A stretch of 29,896 nucleotides of DNA from a bacterium (GTDB taxonomy: Bacteria; Margulisbacteria; WOR-1; O2-12-FULL-45-9; XYB2-FULL-48-7), in NCBI GenBank assembly GCA_043812655.1, contig JBDRLW010000031.1, positions 1 through 29,896 of the forward strand. Direction: 5' to 3'. Position numbers and translations under genes: made by a program. The notes beneath the pieces were generated by a model. It was not told where the DNA came from. It saw nothing but the letters and a program-made list of their open reading frames with translations, and ran no database searches. This document shows, piece after piece, positions 26,426 through 29,896 of this stretch. Position 1 is the stretch's first letter. Every line of letters starts with the position of its first letter.

Positions 26426-26593
26426 CTATCTCCTGCGTCCCGTTGGTTTCCAGCCATGGCTGGCGCCTAATCTAGCGCGGACTGAAGCTTCGGCCTTCTT
26501 CTTACTGGTTGAACTCCCGACGATCTCGCCGGTGTTAAGCGCGATGATCTTCCATGGTTTTGCGCCCTTTCTTTTAACGACTTTGTATGGCAT
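26426..26593 (-). CDS. Unannotated 55-aa basic small protein
   Basis: MPYKVVKRKGAKPWKIIALNTGEIVGSSTSKKKAEASVRARLGASHGWKPTGRRR*. Fills the gap exactly: 3 nt after the upstream TGA, and its TAG abuts the next ATG. Confidence 0.85.
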   Translation of the reverse strand: MPYKVVKRKGAKPWKIIALNTGEIVGSSTSKKKAEASVRARLGASHGWKPTGRRR

Positions 26594-26596
26594 AGA

Positions 26597-27220
26597 TCAA
26601 ATCTTCCGCGGATAGAAAATAAAGGTTTCTGCTTTTTCCCCGATCTTGACCTTGAGGGTGATCGGATATTCCAGCACAAAGTCGGGGAGGAAACAGAGAG
26701 TCCCTTGGCGTTGATCGTGGGCGTAGATCGGCCGAAAAGAAAAGTATGCGTTGATCCCCTGGTCAAGGACCTTGACCAGTTTTTGTTTAGTCTCGACATT
26801 TGTCATATTCATGACAGTGTCCATGGTGGTCTGGATCAGCTGGTCCTGGATGCCGCCGCCGCCTCCGCCGGAATATTTTGCCTTGGTCGCCATTAGGTCT
26901 TGCCGGGAAAGCATTTTGATCGGTTTTAAGTCCCGGCCGTCGGCCAGCGAGATGGAATATTCGCCGGGGAGGATGTTTTTGTCGGTATTGTTCTGAATGT
27001 CGATCAATAAGGCGAAAATGGTATTGTAAGAAAAGAGAGCGGCGGAGATTTTATATTCAACGCCATTAAAAACCGCGTAGGCTTCGTTATTGAGGAGCGT
27101 TCTGCTGATCCCGGTGCGGTTAATTACCGGGTCAAACCTTTTGACATCCAGCGGGACCTCCGCGCAGCCCAAAATAAACGGAGCTAGAAGTAAAAGAAAT
27201 ATCAGTCCATAGTTTTTCAT
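26597..27220 (-). CDS. Hypothetical lipoprotein
   Basis: ATG 27220 with SD-like AAGGCGG, lipobox ILGC. Confidence 0.8.
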   Translation of the reverse strand: MKNYGLIFLLLLAPFILGCAEVPLDVKRFDPVINRTGISRTLLNNEAYAVFNGVEYKISAALFSYNTIFALLIDIQNNTDKNILPGEYSISLADGRDLKPIKMLSRQDLMATKAKYSGGGGGGIQDQLIQTTMDTVMNMTNVETKQKLVKVLDQGINAYFSFRPIYAHDQRQGTLCFLPDFVLEYPITLKVKIGEKAETFIFYPRKI

Positions 27221-27258
27221 TTTTCCGCCTTTGCCGTGATCTGCCGCCAAGCAAGGTT

Positions 27259-27287
27259 ATTTTCCCATCACCGGCATTTTCTGTCAA
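27259..27287 (-). promoter_or_regulatory. TTGACA-N17-GAAAAT promoter element (copy 4), leadered
   Basis: TTGACA gaaaatgccggtgatgg GAAAAT, 38 nt before ATG 27220. Confidence 0.65.
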
Positions 27288-27371
27288 CCAAAAAGGTGGT
27301 GAGGGGGAGATAAAACTTATAATTTTCTCTTGTTCCGGGATTTAAGTATCATTAATAATTATTTTATCCCC

Positions 27372-27463
27372 AAAAATTTGATCCCCGAAGTTTCCGCGCG
27401 GATCAACGCTTTTACCCGGACCAGCCCGCTTAAGCTCGCGGTCCGGGAGATCCACTTTGATCT
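27372..27463 (-). terminator. Tandem hairpins, the last with a U-tract (likely terminator)
   Basis: Stems AGATC/GATCT, CCCGGACC/GGTCCGGG and TTGATCC/GGATCAA, followed by ATTTTT on the minus strand. Confidence 0.5.
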
Positions 27464-27478
27464 TTTATTTGAAAGTAA

Positions 27479-28105
27479 CTACAGGCTATAACTCGCAGCG
27501 ATGCTGAACTGGCCGCTGGTGTAGCCGCCCGACTGCATTTGCCAAGTGTTTTCCACTGAGGCGGAAAATCCGTTAGCGAACAACAAGACGCTCCCCAGCG
27601 TCGCATCCGTGGCATTACTTTCCCCGGCCAGAGAGGTGAAGGAACGGTTAAGGCAGAAGTAGGGAATAAAAGGCGGGAACACTTTACTGGCCACGATCTT
27701 GCCGCCGAAACTACTGCCGCTGGGCGAGCCGGCAAAATTGTCCTGCTGGGAGATGAAAGTATAACTGGCGCCGATCGCGAGAGAAACAGGAGCTTCGATT
27801 AGAAAATTATATTTCAAAGAAGTGGTAAAACTGCGCAACGACATCACCATGCCAGTAATGCCGCTAAAATTGCCGGATTCGTAGGTCAGGTCAAGCTGGG
27901 TACGGTCAACTAGTCCATAAGATAGGTCCAGGCCGTACATTGTTTGGGTCAGAGCGCTATTGTTATTGCAGTTCGTTTGCCGCGCGCCGAGCAGGGAAAC
28001 CGACCATTTCCCGGGAGCGTTCGTCAGCGCGGGAGCCAGCACTTGTGCTTGGGCAAGAGAAGCAAAGATGGTTAGCGCGGCGATCAGCGCTGTAAAATAC
28101 TTCAT
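27479..28105 (-). CDS. Small outer-membrane beta-barrel protein
   Basis: Signal peptide ending AQA, alternating strands, C-terminal ASYSL. ATGA overlap with the upstream gene. Confidence 0.7.
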   Translation of the reverse strand: MKYFTALIAALTIFASLAQAQVLAPALTNAPGKWSVSLLGARQTNCNNNSALTQTMYGLDLSYGLVDRTQLDLTYESGNFSGITGMVMSLRSFTTSLKYNFLIEAPVSLAIGASYTFISQQDNFAGSPSGSSFGGKIVASKVFPPFIPYFCLNRSFTSLAGESNATDATLGSVLLFANGFSASVENTWQMQSGGYTSGQFSIAASYSL

Positions 28106-29718
28106 AAAGTATTGCCGCGGCCGCCCCGTTTGCCGGTCAGCTTGCCTTGATCGATCGAGAGCGTGCCGTTGACCAGCAAATATTCGATCCCTGCCGAATA
28201 AAGGCTGCGCTCGGCATAAGTGGCGTTCTCTTTTAAATTCTTCAGGTCGATCACCGCGATATCGGCGAAATTGCCGACCTTGATCTCTCCGCGACTTGTA
28301 AGCTTAAACTTTTTGGCTGGCAATGAAGTCATGGAGCGGATCGCGTCGTTCAAGGTTAACAGCTTTTCACTTAGCGCGTATTTTTGGATCTTTCTGGGGA
28401 AACAGCCGAAGAACCGGGGATGCGGGGATTGCTCCGGCACGAAAACAGTAAAACCATCAGAAGCGGTGAAAACATATTCATGCGGCATGATCTCCCGGTT
28501 GACCTTATCGCTGATCTCTTGAAAAAGTGCGTAGGGTGCGGGTTCCAGGCAGGACAGATCAACATAGACCTCGGCGGGATCTTTGCCTTCAATCTCCGCG
28601 ATCTCCTTGATCGTCTTGTTGCGGTATTTTTCGGGGCCGTCGGTCAGGCTGATCTTTTCCGGGCCAAGGTAAGTAAATATTTTTTTTGTTTCTTTGATCA
28701 TCTCCGCTTTGCCCGCGGGATTTTTATATTTTGGATTTACGCCGGTGCCGGTCTTATATTTATCTGGCAAGCGGTAGGAGAGGACGGCATAGCCGGCGTC
28801 ATAGGGATGCTGGTCAGCGGTGATATCCACGCCTTCAGCCCGAGCCTGCTCGATCAGATCAAGCATCTGTTTTGAGGTAACTTTCTCCCAGGGCAAGTTG
28901 AGCTGGATATGCGAGATGTGGACGGGGATCTTGGCTCTTTTGGCGATCTCGATCGTTTCCCGGATCGAGTTCAATTCACCTAGCCCTGTCTGGTTGCGGA
29001 TATGGGCATCGTAAAGCCCGCCGTATTTAGCGACCACTTTGGCGATCTCGACCAATTCGTCAGTCGTAGTGAAACAAGTGGGGGCATACTCCAGCCCCAC
29101 GGTCAGGCCGATCGCGCCATTTTGCATTTCTTTTTCAACTATACTTTTAAGCTTCTCCAGCTCTTCTTTAGTCAGTTTCGTCGGCTGGTTGTCCCCGAAA
29201 AGCTGTTGCCGTAGCATGCCGTAGGGGATAAGATGGTAAACGTTGCTGGCGAAATTCTCCGATTTCACCAGGCCCAGCCATTGCTTGGTATCCCAGAAAC
29301 CGGCGCCGCATAACCCGGTCACGATAGTGGTTATGCCCTGGGTCGAATAATTATGGTTGTTGCGCCACGCGTCATTGATCATGGAGAGATCGTCCTTTTT
29401 GCCCGACATGAAAATAGCCATCAGCAACCCCAGGTCAGTATGGTTATGCACGTCGATAAAACCGGGAGTGACGATCAAGTCCTTCGCGTTAATGGTCTTT
29501 TTAGCTGATCCGGGCAAATTTATCCCGATGGCCACGATCTTGTCGCCCTTAATTCCAATATCTCTCACCCCGGGCTGGTCGGTACTGCCGTCATAGACCA
29601 AGCCCCCTTTGATCAGGGTGTCGTAGGAGGCATGAGAACTGATGAAAAATCGACCGATCGGTATCGAGACAATAATGACAAGGGCCAGGATCATGATCGC
29701 GGCAATTATTTTTTTCAT
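28102..29718 (-). CDS. N-acyl-D-amino-acid deacylase (D-aminoacylase) family amidohydrolase with N-terminal anchor
   Basis: PGFIDVHNHTD, QGITT...GLCG, GLEYAP, HIR, HISH, SDG, HPRFFG.FPR and ADIAVID. Confidence 0.9.
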   Translation of the reverse strand: MKKIIAAIMILALVIIVSIPIGRFFISSHASYDTLIKGGLVYDGSTDQPGVRDIGIKGDKIVAIGINLPGSAKKTINAKDLIVTPGFIDVHNHTDLGLLMAIFMSGKKDDLSMINDAWRNNHNYSTQGITTIVTGLCGAGFWDTKQWLGLVKSENFASNVYHLIPYGMLRQQLFGDNQPTKLTKEELEKLKSIVEKEMQNGAIGLTVGLEYAPTCFTTTDELVEIAKVVAKYGGLYDAHIRNQTGLGELNSIRETIEIAKRAKIPVHISHIQLNLPWEKVTSKQMLDLIEQARAEGVDITADQHPYDAGYAVLSYRLPDKYKTGTGVNPKYKNPAGKAEMIKETKKIFTYLGPEKISLTDGPEKYRNKTIKEIAEIEGKDPAEVYVDLSCLEPAPYALFQEISDKVNREIMPHEYVFTASDGFTVFVPEQSPHPRFFGCFPRKIQKYALSEKLLTLNDAIRSMTSLPAKKFKLTSRGEIKVGNFADIAVIDLKNLKENATYAERSLYSAGIEYLLVNGTLSIDQGKLTGKRGGRGNTL

Positions 29719-29727
29719 ATTGGGTAT

Positions 29728-29756
29728 ATTTTCCCATTGTCATCTTTGGGTGTCAA
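29728..29756 (-). promoter_or_regulatory. TTGACA-N17-GAAAAT promoter element (copy 5), leaderless or near-leaderless
   Basis: TTGACA cccaaagatgacaatgg GAAAAT atacccaat ATG(29718). Confidence 0.7.
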
Positions 29757-29767
29757 TACTATATCTC

Positions 29768-29796
29768 TTGCTCAGCCGTCAGCAAGGGGATATAAT
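29768..29796 (+). promoter_or_regulatory. Sigma70 promoter of trpD, leaderless
   Basis: TTGCTC-N17-TATAAT-actgtc-ATG(29803). Confidence 0.65.
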
Positions 29797-29802
29797 ACTG
29801 TC

Positions 29803-29896
29803 ATGAAAGACGCGATCAAAAAAATCGTTGAGGGGCAGGACTTAACTCGCCAAGAAGCAGGGATCGCGATGGACACGATCATGCAAGGGCAGGCGA
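29803..29896 (+). CDS. trpD: Anthranilate phosphoribosyltransferase, N-terminus (partial)
   Basis: MKDAIKKIVEGQDLTRQEAGIAMDTIMQGQA matches the TrpD N-terminal helical domain. Only 31 codons are visible. Confidence 0.75.
   Translation, partial: MKDAIKKIVEGQDLTRQEAGIAMDTIMQGQA

Noticed and set aside
16680..26600. Classical integron cassette array or prophage
   Set aside because: Genes are in mixed orientation, I found no recurring attC (RYYYAAC...GTTRRRY) hairpins by eye, and there is no integrase or phage structural gene.
26467..26799. 110-aa minus-strand ORF spanning the gap before the GGQ gene
   Set aside because: It overlaps the lipoprotein gene in another frame. The 55-aa ORF 26426..26593 fits the gap exactly.
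443..29596. Numerous 60-190 aa antisense or alternate-frame ORFs in the track (for example 8202..8729, 9675..10238, 17008..17469, 28384..28875)
   Set aside because: They lie wholly within well-supported genes, lack motifs and SD sites, and are expected shadow ORFs.

Overview
A gene-dense bacterial window of roughly 50% GC, with no rRNA, tRNA, CRISPR array, integrase or transposase that I can recognise. The gene content (porins and beta-barrel proteins, LapA, many exported proteins) indicates a diderm bacterium. The style of the hypothetical proteins suggests Margulisbacteria/Ca. Saganbacteria, but that is an unverified impression. From left to right: (1) a deacetylase-like gene, an AlaDH/CEOS-like gene and aspartate 4-decarboxylase plus Asp:Ala antiporter (aspD-aspT) in one operon; (2) small envelope genes; (3) a 955-aa protein built from two circularly permuted L,D-transpeptidase-like repeats; (4) a run of exported hydrolases (C69, C59 and C45 Ntn-hydrolases, a HEXXH metallopeptidase, a carboxylesterase and a D-aminoacylase) with porins; (5) sixA, an AT-rich PD-(D/E)xK-like orphan, msrBA, a GGQ release-factor-like gene and the start of trpD. 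The most notable non-coding signal is a family of five promoter-like elements, TTGACA-N17-GAAAAT. They have related spacers, head the minus-strand modules, and four of them sit 6-9 nt from an ATG, implying leaderless transcripts. Also found: an orphan 3' remnant of the lipoprotein gene about 10 kb from its intact copy, an unannotated 55-aa basic protein, an apparent ATA start codon, and a 7-nt-periodic inverted-repeat element.
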